Origin: the human T2T-CHM13v2.0 reference genome, Homo sapiens
DNA: 64,000 nt
Direction: 5' to 3' (one strand)
NCBI RefSeq assembly: GCF_009914755.1
Contig: NC_060940.1
Part shown: one piece after another, positions 53,501-64,000 of the stretch
How positions within the stretch are numbered: the first letter of the stretch is position 1
Layout of the letters: the number at the start of each line of letters is the position of its first letter
Translations under genes and position numbers: made by a program
Notes under the pieces: generated by a model
Seen by the model: only the letters and a program-made list of their open reading frames with translations
Database searches by the model: none
What the model was told of the DNA's origin: nothing

Positions 53501-56500
53501 CAACTCACAGAGTTGAACGATCCTTTACACAGAGCAGATTTGAAACACTGTTTTTCTGGAATTTGCAAGTGGAGATTTCAGCCGCTTTGAGGTCAATGGT
53601 AGAAAAGGAAATATCTTCGTATAAAAACTAGACAGAATGATTCTCAGAAACTCCTTTGTGATGTGTGCGTTCAACTCACAGAGTTTAACCTTTCTTTTCA
53701 CAGAGCAGTTAGGAAACACTCTGTTTGTGAAGCCTGCCAGTGGATATTCGGACCTCTTTGAGGCCTTCGTTGGAAACGGGATTTCTTCATATTATGCTAG
53801 ACAGAAGATTTCTCAGTAACTTCTTTGTGTTGTGTGTATGCAACTCACAGAGTTCAACCTTCCTTTAGACAGAGCAGATTTGAAACACTCTTTTTGTGGA
53901 ATTTGCAAGTGGAGATTTCAAGCGCTTCGATGCCAATGGTAGAAAAGGAAATATCTTCGTATAAAAACAAGACAAACTCGTTCCCAGACACTGCGTAGTG
54001 ATGTGTGTGTTTAACTCACAGAGTTTAACCTTTCTTTTCATACAGCATTCTGGAAACCCTGTGTTTGTAAAGTCTGCAAGTGGATATTTGGACCTCTTAG
54101 ATGCCTTCGTTGGAAACGGGATTTCTTCATATAATGCTAGAGGGAAGAATTCTTAGTAACTTCTTTGTGTTGTGTGTATTCAACTGACAGAGTTGAACCT
54201 TCCTTTAGACAGAGCAGATTTGAAAGTCTCTTTTTGTGGAATTTGCAAGTGGAGATTTCAAGCGCTTTGAGGCCAAAAGCAGAAAAGGAAATATTTTCCT
54301 ATAAAAACTCGACAGAATCTTTCTCAGAAACTGCTCTGGGATGTGTGCGTTCAACTCACAGAGTTTAACTTTTCTTTTCATTCAGCAGTTTGGAAACACT
54401 CTGTTTGGAAAGTCTGCACGTGGATATTTTGACCTCTTTGAGGCCTTCGTTGGAAACGGGTTTTTTTCATGTAAGGCTAGACAGAAGAAATCTCAGTAAC
54501 TTCCTTGTGTTGTGTGTATTCAACTGACAGAGTTGAACCTTCCTTTAGACAGAGCAGATTCGAAACACTCTTTTTCTGCAATTTGCAAGTGGAGACTTCA
54601 AGCGCTTTGAGGCCAAAGGCAGAAAAGGAAATATCTTCGTATAAAAACCCGACAGAATCATTCTCAGAAACTGCTCTGTGATGTGTGCGTTCAACTCACA
54701 GAGTTTAACTTTTCTTTTCATTCAGCAGTTTGGAAACACTCTGTTTGTAAAGTCTGCAAGTGGATATCTTGGCCTCTTAGAGGCCTTCGTTGGAAACGGG
54801 TTTTTTCATGTAAGGTTAGACAGAGGAATTCCCAGTAACTTCCTTGTGTTGTGTGCATTCAACTCACAGAGTTGAATGATTCTTTACACAGAGCAGATTT
54901 GAGACACTCTTTTGGTGGAATTTGTAAGTGGAGAATTCAGCCGCTTTGAGGTCAACGGTAGAAAAGGAAATATCTTCGTATAAAAACTAGACAGAATGAT
55001 TCTCAGAAACTGTTTTGTGATGTGTGCGTTCAACTCACAGAGTTTAACCTTTCTTTTCAAAGAGCAGTTAGGAAACACTCTGTTTGTAAAGTCTGCAAGT
55101 GGATATTCAGACCTCTTTGAGGCCTTCGTTGGAAACGGGATTTCTTCATATTATGCTAGACAGATGAATTCTCAGTAACTTCCTTGTGTTGTGTGTATTC
55201 AACTCACAGAGTTGAACGATCCTTTACACAGAGCAGATTTGAAACACTGTTTTTCTGGAATTTGCAAGTGGAGATTTCAGCCGCTTTGAGGTCAATGGTA
55301 GAAAAGGAAATATCTTCGTATAAAAACTAGACAGAATGATTCTCAGAAACTCCTTTGTGATGTGTGCGTTCAACTCACAGAGTTTAACCTTTCTTTTCAC
55401 AGAGCAGTTAGGAAACACTCTGTTTGTGAAGCCTGCCAGTGGATATTCGGACCTCTTTGAGGCCTTCGTTGGAAACGGGATTTCTTCATATTATGCTAGA
55501 CAGAAGATTTCTCAGTAACTTCTTTGTGTTGTGTGTATGCAACTCACAGAGTTCAACCTTCCTTTAGACAGAGCAGATTTGAAACACTCTTTTTGTGGAA
55601 TTTGCAAGTGGAGATTTCAAGCGCTTCGATGCCAATGGTAGAAAAGGAAATATCTTCGTATAAAAACAAGACAAACTCGTTCCCAGACACTGCGTAGTGA
55701 TGTGTGTGTTTAACTCACAGAGTTTAACCTTTCTTTTCATACAGCATTCTGGAAACCCTGTGTTTGTAAAGTCTGCAAGTGGATATTTGGACCTCTTAGA
55801 TGCCTTCGTTGGAAACGGGATTTCTTCATATAATGCTAGAGGGAAGAATTCTTAGTAACTTCTTTGTGTTGTGTGTATTCAACTGACAGAGTTGAACCTT
55901 CCTTTAGACAGAGCAGATTTGAAAGTCTCTTTTTGTGGAATTTGCAAGTGGAGATTTCAAGCGCTTTGAGGCCAAAAGCAGAAAAGGAAATATTTTCCTA
56001 TAAAAACTCGACAGAATCTTTCTCAGAAACTGCTCTGGGATGTGTGCGTTCAACTCACAGAGTTTAACTTTTCTTTTCATTCAGCAGTTTGGAAACACTC
56101 TGTTTGGAAAGTCTGCACGTGGATATTTTGACCTCTTTGAGGCCTTCGTTGGAAACGGGTTTTTTTCATGTAAGGCTAGACAGAAGAAATCTCAGTAACT
56201 TCCTTGTGTTGTGTGTATTCAACTGACAGAGTTGAACCTTCCTTTAGACAGAGCAGATTCGAAACACTCTTTTTCTGCAATTTGCAAGTGGAGACTTCAA
56301 GCGCTTTGAGGCCAAAGGCAGAAAAGGAAATATCTTCGTATAAAAACCCGACAGAATCATTCTCAGAAACTGCTCTGTGATGTGTGCGTTCAACTCACAG
56401 AGTTTAACTTTTCTTTTCATTCAGCAGTTTGGAAACACTCTGTTTGTAAAGTCTGCAAGTGGATATCTTGGCCTCTTAGAGGCCTTCGTTGGAAACGGGT

Positions 56501-57766
56501 TTTATCATGTAAGGTTAGACAGAGGAATTCCCAGTAACTTCCTTGTGTTGTGTGCATTCAACTCACAGAGTTGAATGATTCTTTACACAGAGCAGATTTG
56601 AGACACTCTTTTGGTGGAATTTGTAAGTGGAGAATTCAGCCGCTTTGAGGTCAACGGTAGAAAAGGAAATATCTTCGTATAAAAACTAGACAGAATGATT
56701 CTCAGAAACTGTTTTGTGATGTGTGCGTTCAACTCACAGAGTTTAACCTTTCTTTTCAAAGAGCAGTTAGGAAACACTCTGTTTGTAAAGTCTGCAAGTG
56801 GATATTCAGACCTCTTTGAGGCCTTCGTTGGAAACGGGATTTCTTCATATTATGCTAGACAGATGAATTCTCAGTAACTTCCTTGTGTTGTGTGTATTCA
56901 ACTCACAGAGTTAAACGATCCTTTACACAGAGCAGATTTGAAACACTGTTTTTCTGGAATTTGCAAGTGGAGATTTCAGCCGCTTTGAGGTCAATGGTAG
57001 AAAAGGAAATATCTTCGTATAAAAACTAGACAGAATGATTCTCAGAAACTCCTTTGTGATGTGTGCGTTCAACTCACAGAGTTTAACCTTTCTTTTCACA
57101 GAGCAGTTAGGAAACACTCTGTTTGTGAAGCCTGCCAGTGGATATTCGGACCTCTTTGAGGCCTTCGTTGGAAACGGGATTTCTTCATATTATGCCAGAC
57201 AGAAGATTTCTCAGTAACTTCTTTGTGTTGTGTGTATGCAACTCACAGAGTTCAACCTTCCTTTAGACAGAGCAGATTTGAAACACTCTTTTTGTGGAAT
57301 TTGCAAGTGGAGATTTCAAGCGCTTCGATGCCAATGGTAGAAAAGGAAATATCTTCGTATAAAAACAAGACAAACTCGTTCCCAGACACTGCGTAGTGAT
57401 GTGTGTGTTTAACTCACAGAGTTTAACCTTTCTTTTCATACAGCATTCTGGAAACCCTGTGTTTGTAAAGTCTGCAAGTGGATATTTGGACCTCTTAGAT
57501 GCCTTCGTTGGAAACGGGATTTCTTCATATAATGCTAGAGGGAAGAATTCTTAGTAACTTCTTTGTGTTGTGTGTATTCAACTGACAGAGTTGAACCTTC
57601 CTTTAGACAGAGCAGATTTGAAAGTCTCTTTTTGTGGAATTTGCAAGTGGAGATTTCAAGCGCTTTGAGGCCAAAAGCAGAAAAGGAAATATTTTCCTAT
57701 AAAAACTCGACAGAATCTTTCTCAGAAACTGCTCTGGGATGTGTGCGTTCAACTCACAGAGTTTAA

Positions 57767-59125
57767 CTTTTCTTTTCATTCAGCAGTTTGGAAACACTCT
57801 GTTTGTAAAGTCTGCAAGTGGATATCTTGGCCTCTTAGAGGCCTTCGTTGGAAGCGGGTTTTTTCATGTAAGGATAGACAGAGGAATTCCCAGTAACTTC
57901 CTTGTGTTGTGTGCATTCAACTCACAGAGTTGAATGATTCTTTACACAGAGCAGATTTGAGACACTCTTTTGGTGGAATTTGTAAGTGGAGAATTCAGCC
58001 GCTTTGAGGTCAACGGTAGAAAAGCAAATATCTTCGTATAAAAACTAGACAGAATGATTCTCAGAAACTGTTTTGTGATGTGTGCGTTCAACTCACAGAG
58101 TTTAACCTTTCTTTTCAAAGAGCAGTTAGGAAACACTCTGTTTGTAAAGTCTGCAAGTGGATATTCAGACCTCTTTGAGGCCTTCGTTGGAAACGGGATT
58201 TCTTCATATTATGCTAGACAGATGAATTCTCAGTAACTTCCTTGTGTTGTGTGTATTCAACTCACAGAGTTGAACGATCCTTTACACAGAGCAGATTTGA
58301 AACACTGTTTTTCTGGAATTTGCAAGTGGAGATTTCAGCCGCTTTGAGGTCAATGGTAGAAAAGGAAATATCTTCGTATAAAAACTAGACAGAATGATTC
58401 TCAGAAACTCCTTTGTGATGTGTGCGTTCAACTCACAGAGTTTAACCTTTCTTTTCACAGAGCAGTTAGGAAACACTCTGTTTGTGAAGCCTGCCAGTGG
58501 ATATTCGGACCTCTTTGAGGCCTTCGTTGGAAACGGGATTTCTTCATATTATGCTAGACAGAAGATTTCTCAGTAACTTCTTTGTGTTGTGTGTATGCAA
58601 CTCACAGAGTTCAACCTTCCTTTAGACAGAGCAGATTTGAAACACTCTTTTTGTGGAATTTGCAAGTGGAGATTTCAAGCGCTTCGATGCCAATGGTAGA
58701 AAAGGAAATATCTTCGTATAAAAACAAGACAAACTCGTTCCCAGACACTGCGTAGTGATGTGTGTGTTTAACTCACAGAGTTTAACCTTTCTTTTCATAC
58801 AGCATTCTGGAAACCCTGTGTTTGTAAAGTCTGCAAGTGGATATTTGGACCTCTTAGATGCCTTCGTTGGAAACGGGATTTCTTCATATAATGCTAGAGG
58901 GAAGAATTCTTAGTAACTTCTTTGTGTTGTGTGTATTCAACTGACAGAGTTGAACCTTCCTTTAGACAGAGCAGATTTGAAAGTCTCTTTTTGTGGAATT
59001 TGCAAGTGGAGATTTCAAGCGCTTTGAGGCCAAAAGCAGAAAAGGAAATATTTTCCTATAAAAACTCGACAGAATCTTTCTCAGAAACTGCTCTGGGATG
59101 TGTGCGTTCAACTCACAGAGTTTAA
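57767..59125 (+). repeat. Structural-variant HOR: 1359-bp 8-mer lacking one 340-bp dimer, with a hybrid A/B monomer
   Basis: The ORF period drops from 1699 to 1359 (57563 to 58922). The sequence switches from dimer-A diagnostic bases (ctctgGgat, 57737) to dimer-B diagnostic bases (gtttgTaaag, 57806; gatatcttggcc). Confidence 0.96.
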
Positions 59126-62100
59126 CTTTTCTTTTCATTCAGCAGTTTGGAAACACTCTGTTTGGAAAGTCTGCACGTGGATATTTTGACCTCTTTGAGG
59201 CCTTCGTTGGAAACGGGTTTTTTTCATGTAAGGCTAGACAGAAGAAATCTCAGTAACTTCCTTGTGTTGTGTGTATTCAACTGACAGAGTTGAACCTTCC
59301 TTTAGACAGAGCAGATTCGAAACACTCTTTTTCTGCAATTTGCAAGTGGAGACTTCAAGCGCTTTGAGGCCAAAGGCAGAAAAGGAAATATCTTCGTATA
59401 AAAACCCGACAGAATCATTCTCAGAAACTGCTCTGTGATGTGTGCGTTCAACTCACAGAGTTTAACTTTTCTTTTCATTCAGCAGTTTGGAAACACTCTG
59501 TTTGTAAAGTCTGCAAGTGGATATCTTGGCCTCTTAGAGGCCTTCGTTGGAAGCGGGTTTTTTCATGTAAGGATAGACAGAGGAATTCCCAGTAACTTCC
59601 TTGTGTTGTGTGCATTCAACTCACAGAGTTGAATGATTCTTTACACAGAGCAGATTTGAGACACTCTTTTGGTGGAATTTGTAAGTGGAGAATTCAGCCG
59701 CTTTGAGGTCAACGGTAGAAAAGCAAATATCTTCGTATAAAAACTAGACAGAATGATTCTCAGAAACTGTTTTGTGATGTGTGCGTTCAACTCACAGAGT
59801 TTAACCTTTCTTTTCAAAGAGCAGTTAGGAAACACTCTGTTTGTAAAGTCTGCAAGTGGATATTCAGACCTCTTTGAGGCCTTCGTTGGAAACGGGATTT
59901 CTTCATATTATGCTAGACAGATGAATTCTCAGTAACTTCCTTGTGTTGTGTGTATTCAACTCACAGAGTTGAACGATCCTTTACACAGAGCAGATTTGAA
60001 ACACTGTTTTTCTGGAATTTGCAAGTGGAGATTTCAGCCGCTTTGAGGTCAATGGTAGAAAAGGAAATATCTTCGTATAAAAACTAGACAGAATGATTCT
60101 CAGAAACTCCTTTGTGATGTGTGCGTTCAACTCACAGAGTTTAACCTTTCTTTTCACAGAGCAGTTAGGAAACACTCTGTTTGTGAAGCCTGCCAGTGGA
60201 TATTCGGACCTCTTTGAGGCCTTCGTTGGAAACGGGATTTCTTCATATTATGCTAGACAGAAGATTTCTCAGTAACTTCTTTGTGTTGTGTGTATGCAAC
60301 TCACAGAGTTCAACCTTCCTTTAGACAGAGCAGATTTGAAACACTCTTTTTGTGGAATTTGCAAGTGGAGATTTCAAGCGCTTCGATGCCAATGGTAGAA
60401 AAGGAAATATCTTCGTATAAAAACAAGACAAACTCGTTCCCAGACACTGCGTAGTGATGTGTGTGTTTAACTCACAGAGTTTAACCTTTCTTTTCATACA
60501 GCATTCTGGAAACCCTGTGTTTGTAAAGTCTGCAAGTGGATATTTGGACCTCTTAGATGCCTTCGTTGGAAACGGGATTTCTTCATATAATGCTAGAGGG
60601 AAGAATTCTTAGTAACTTCTTTGTGTTGTGTGTATTCAACTGACAGAGTTGAACCTTCCTTTAGACAGAGCAGATTTGAAAGTCTCTTTTTGTGGAATTT
60701 GCAAGTGGAGATTTCAAGCGCTTTGAGGCCAAAAGCAGAAAAGGAAGTATTTTCCTATAAAAACTCGACAGAATCTTTCTCAGAAACTGCTCTGGGATGT
60801 GTGCGTTCAACTCACAGAGTTTAACTTTTCTTTTCATTCAGCAGTTTGGAAACACTCTGTTTGGAAAGTCTGCACGTGGATATTTTGACCTCTTTGAGGC
60901 CTTCGTTGGAAACGGGTTTTTTTCATGTAAGGCTAGACAGAAGAAATCTCAGTAACTTCCTTGTGTTGTGTGTATTCAACTGACAGAGTTGAACCTTCCT
61001 TTAGACAGAGCAGATTCGAAACACTCTTTTTCTGCAATTTGCAAGTGGAGACTTCAAGCGCTTTGAGGCCAAAGGCAGAAAAGGAAATATCTTCGTATAA
61101 AAACCCGACAGAATCATTCTCAGAAACTGCTCTGTGATGTGTGCGTTCAACTCACAGAGTTTAACTTTTCTTTTCATTCAGCAGTTTGGAAACACTCTGT
61201 TTGTAAAGTCTGCAAGTGGATATCTTGGCCTCTTAGAGGCCTTCGTTGGAAACGGGTTTTTTCATGTAAGGATAGACAGAGGAATTCCCAGTAACTTCCT
61301 TGTGTTGTGTGCATTCAACTCACAGAGTTGAATGATTCTTTACACAGAGCAGATTTGAGACACTCTTTTGGTGGAATTTGTAAGTGGAGAATTCAGCCGC
61401 TTTGAGGTCAACGGTAGAAAAGGAAATATCTTCGTATAAAAACTAGACAGAATGATTCTCAGAAACTGTTTTGTGATGTGTGCGTTCAACTCACAGAGTT
61501 TAACCTTTCTTTTCAAAGAGCAGTTAGGAAACACTCTGTTTGTAAAGTCTGCAAGTGGATATTCAGACCTCTTTGAGGCCTTCGTTGGAAACGGGATTTC
61601 TTCATATTATGCTAGACAGATGAATTCTCAGTAACTTCCTTGTGTTGTGTGTATTCAACTCACAGAGTTGAACGATCCTTTACACAGAGCAGATTTGAAA
61701 CACTGTTTTTCTGGAATTTGCAAGTGGAGATTTCAGCCGCTTTGAGGTCAATGGTAGAAAAGGAAATATCTTCGTATAAAAACTAGACAGAATGATTCTC
61801 AGAAACTCCTTTGTGATGTGTGCGTTCAACTCACAGAGTTTAACCTTTCTTTTCACAGAGCAGTTAGGAAACACTCTGTTTGTGAAGCCTGCCAGTGGAT
61901 ATTCGGACCTCTTTGAGGCCTTCGTTGGAAACGGGATTTCTTCATATTATGCTAGACAGAAGATTTCTCAGTAACTTCTCTGTGTTGTGTGTATGCAACT
62001 CACAGAGTTCAACCTTCCTTTAGACAGAGCAGATTTGAAACACTCTTTTTGTGGAATTTGCAAGTGGAGATTTCAAGCGCTTCGATGCCAATGGTAGAAA

Positions 62101-64000
62101 AGGAAATATCTTCGTATAAAAACAAGACAAACTCGTTCCCAGACACTGCGTAGTGATGTGTGTGTTTAACTCACAGAGTTTAACCTTTCTTTTCATACAG
62201 CATTCTGGAAACCCTGTGTTTGTAAAGTCTGCAAGTGGATATTTGGACCTCTTAGATGCCTTCGTTGGAAACGGGATTTCTTCATATAATGCTAGAGGGA
62301 AGAATTCTTAGTAACTTCTTTGTGTTGTGTGTATTCAACTGACAGAGTTGAACCTTCCTTTAGACAGAGCAGATTTGAAAGTCTCTTTTTGTGGAATTTG
62401 CAAGTGGAGATTTCAAGCGCTTTGAGGCCAAAAGCAGAAAAGGAAGTATTTTCCTATAAAAACTCGACAGAATCTTTCTCAGAAACTGCTCTGGGATGTG
62501 TGCGTTCAACTCACAGAGTTTAACTTTTCTTTTCATTCAGCAGTTTGGAAACACTCTGTTTGGAAAGTCTGCACGTGGATATTTTGACCTCTTTGAGGCC
62601 TTCGTTGGAAACGGGTTTTTTTCATGTAAGGCTAGACAGAAGAAATCTCAGTAACTTCCTTGTGTTGTGTGTATTCAACTGACAGAGTTGAACCTTCCTT
62701 TAGACAGAGCAGATTCGAAACACTCTTTTTCTGCAATTTGCAAGTGGAGACTTCAAGCGCTTTGAGGCCAAAGGCAGAAAAGGAAATATCTTCGTATAAA
62801 AACCCGACAGAATCATTCTCAGAAACTGCTCTGTGATGTGTGCGTTCAACTCACAGAGTTTAACTTTTCTTTTCATTCAGCAGTTTGGAAACACTCTGTT
62901 TGTAAAGTCTGCAAGTGGATATCTTGGCCTCTTAGAGGCCTTCGTTGGAAACGGGTTTTTTCATGTAAGGATAGACAGAGGAATTCCCAGTAACTTCCTT
63001 GTGTTGTGTGCATTCAACTCACAGAGTTGAATGATTCTTTACACAGAGCAGATTTGAGACACTCTTTTGGTGGAATTTGTAAGTGGAGAATTCAGCCGCT
63101 TTGAGGTCAACGGTAGAAAAGGAAATATCTTCGTATAAAAACTAGACAGAATGATTCTCAGAAACTGTTTTGTGATGTGTGCGTTCAACTCACAGAGTTT
63201 AACCTTTCTTTTCAAAGAGCAGTTAGGAAACACTCTGTTTGTAAAGTCTGCAAGTGGATATTCAGACCTCTTTGAGGCCTTCGTTGGAAACGGGATTTCT
63301 TCATATTATGCTAGACAGATGAATTCTCAGTAACTTCCTTGTGTTGTGTGTATTCAACTCACAGAGTTGAACGATCCTTTACACAGAGCAGATTTGAAAC
63401 ACTGTTTTTCTGGAATTTGCAAGTGGAGATTTCAGCCGCTTTGAGGTCAATGGTAGAAAAGGAAATATCTTCGTATAAAAACTAGACAGAATGATTCTCA
63501 GAAACTCCTTTGTGATGTGTGCGTTCAACTCACAGAGTTTAACCTTTCTTTTCACAGAGCAGTTAGGAAACACTCTGTTTGTGAAGCCTGCCAGTGGATA
63601 TTCGGACCTCTTTGAGGCCTTCGTTGGAAACGGGATTTCTTCATATTATGCTAGACAGAAGATTTCTCAGTAACTTCTTTGTGTTGTGTGTATGCAACTC
63701 ACAGAGTTCAACCTTCCTTTAGACAGAGCAGATTTGAAACACTCTTTTTGTGGAATTTGCAAGTGGAGATTTCAAGCGCTTCGATGCCAATGGTAGAAAA
63801 GGAAATATCTTCGTATAAAAACAAGACAAACTCGTTCCCAGACACTGCGTAGTGATGTGTGTGTTTAACTCACAGAGTTTAACCTTTCTTTTCATACAGC
63901 ATTCTGGAAACCCTGTGTTTGTAAAGTCTGCAAGTGGATATTTGGACCTCTTAGATGCCTTCGTTGGAAACGGGATTTCTTCATATAATGCTAGAGGGAA

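Larger units (their letters stand above)
1..64000 (+). repeat. Centromeric alpha-satellite higher-order repeat array (1699-bp 10-mer, dimeric SF1-like), uninterrupted and in a single orientation
   Basis: Typical alphoid motifs (CATTCTCAGAAACT, TCAACTCACAGAGTT, TTTGAAACACTCTTTTTG, GCAAGTGGA) recur every ~170 bp. ORF-track entries recur at exactly 1699-bp intervals (310, 2009, 3708 ... 56377), with a single 340-bp register shift near 57.7 kb. Confidence 0.99.

Noticed and set aside
310-63673. Hundreds of 60-67 aa ORFs on both strands
   Set aside because: They are chance open frames in alpha-satellite monomers, repeated with the HOR period. They overlap on opposite strands, often start at GTG/TTG, and show no recognisable domain or gene structure.
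77-63975. Regularly spaced conserved 17-bp motif resembling CRISPR direct repeats
   Set aside because: The intervening sequences are themselves repeats rather than unique spacers, there are no cas genes, and the motif is the CENP-B box.
1-64000. Possible L1/Alu insertion, inversion or foreign sequence
   Set aside because: The strict 1699-bp register and single orientation throughout leave no room for one; the only length change is the 340-bp deletion.
1-64000. Variant pattern as an encoded message or novel functional system
   Set aside because: The pattern is adequately explained by known duplication, unequal exchange and conversion in satellite arrays; nothing in the sequence supports a function.

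Overview
The whole 64 kb window is primate, almost certainly human, centromeric alpha-satellite DNA: about 376 head-to-tail ~170-bp monomers in one orientation. They form a highly homogeneous 1699-bp 10-mer higher-order repeat (HOR) of five ~340-bp dimers, each carrying one CENP-B box. The dimeric organisation and 1.7-kb 10-mer best fit the suprachromosomal family 1 (SF1) active array of chromosome 16 (D16Z2/S1C16H1L); this is inferred, not database-checked. Numbering units from the window start (U1=1-1699, U2=1700-3398, etc.), there are 36 full 10-mers, one 1359-bp 8-mer deletion variant (U35) and a partial last unit. I found no genes, transposon insertions, inversions or CRISPR arrays, and all ORFs in the track are repeat by-products. 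I did not find a new biological system. The informative signal is in rare single-base variants: a 10,194-bp (6-HOR) tandem duplication, a nested 3-HOR periodicity, several local duplications or conversion tracts, and a dimer deletion mapping to a 68-bp identity tract. Variants were read by eye, so the lists may be incomplete.
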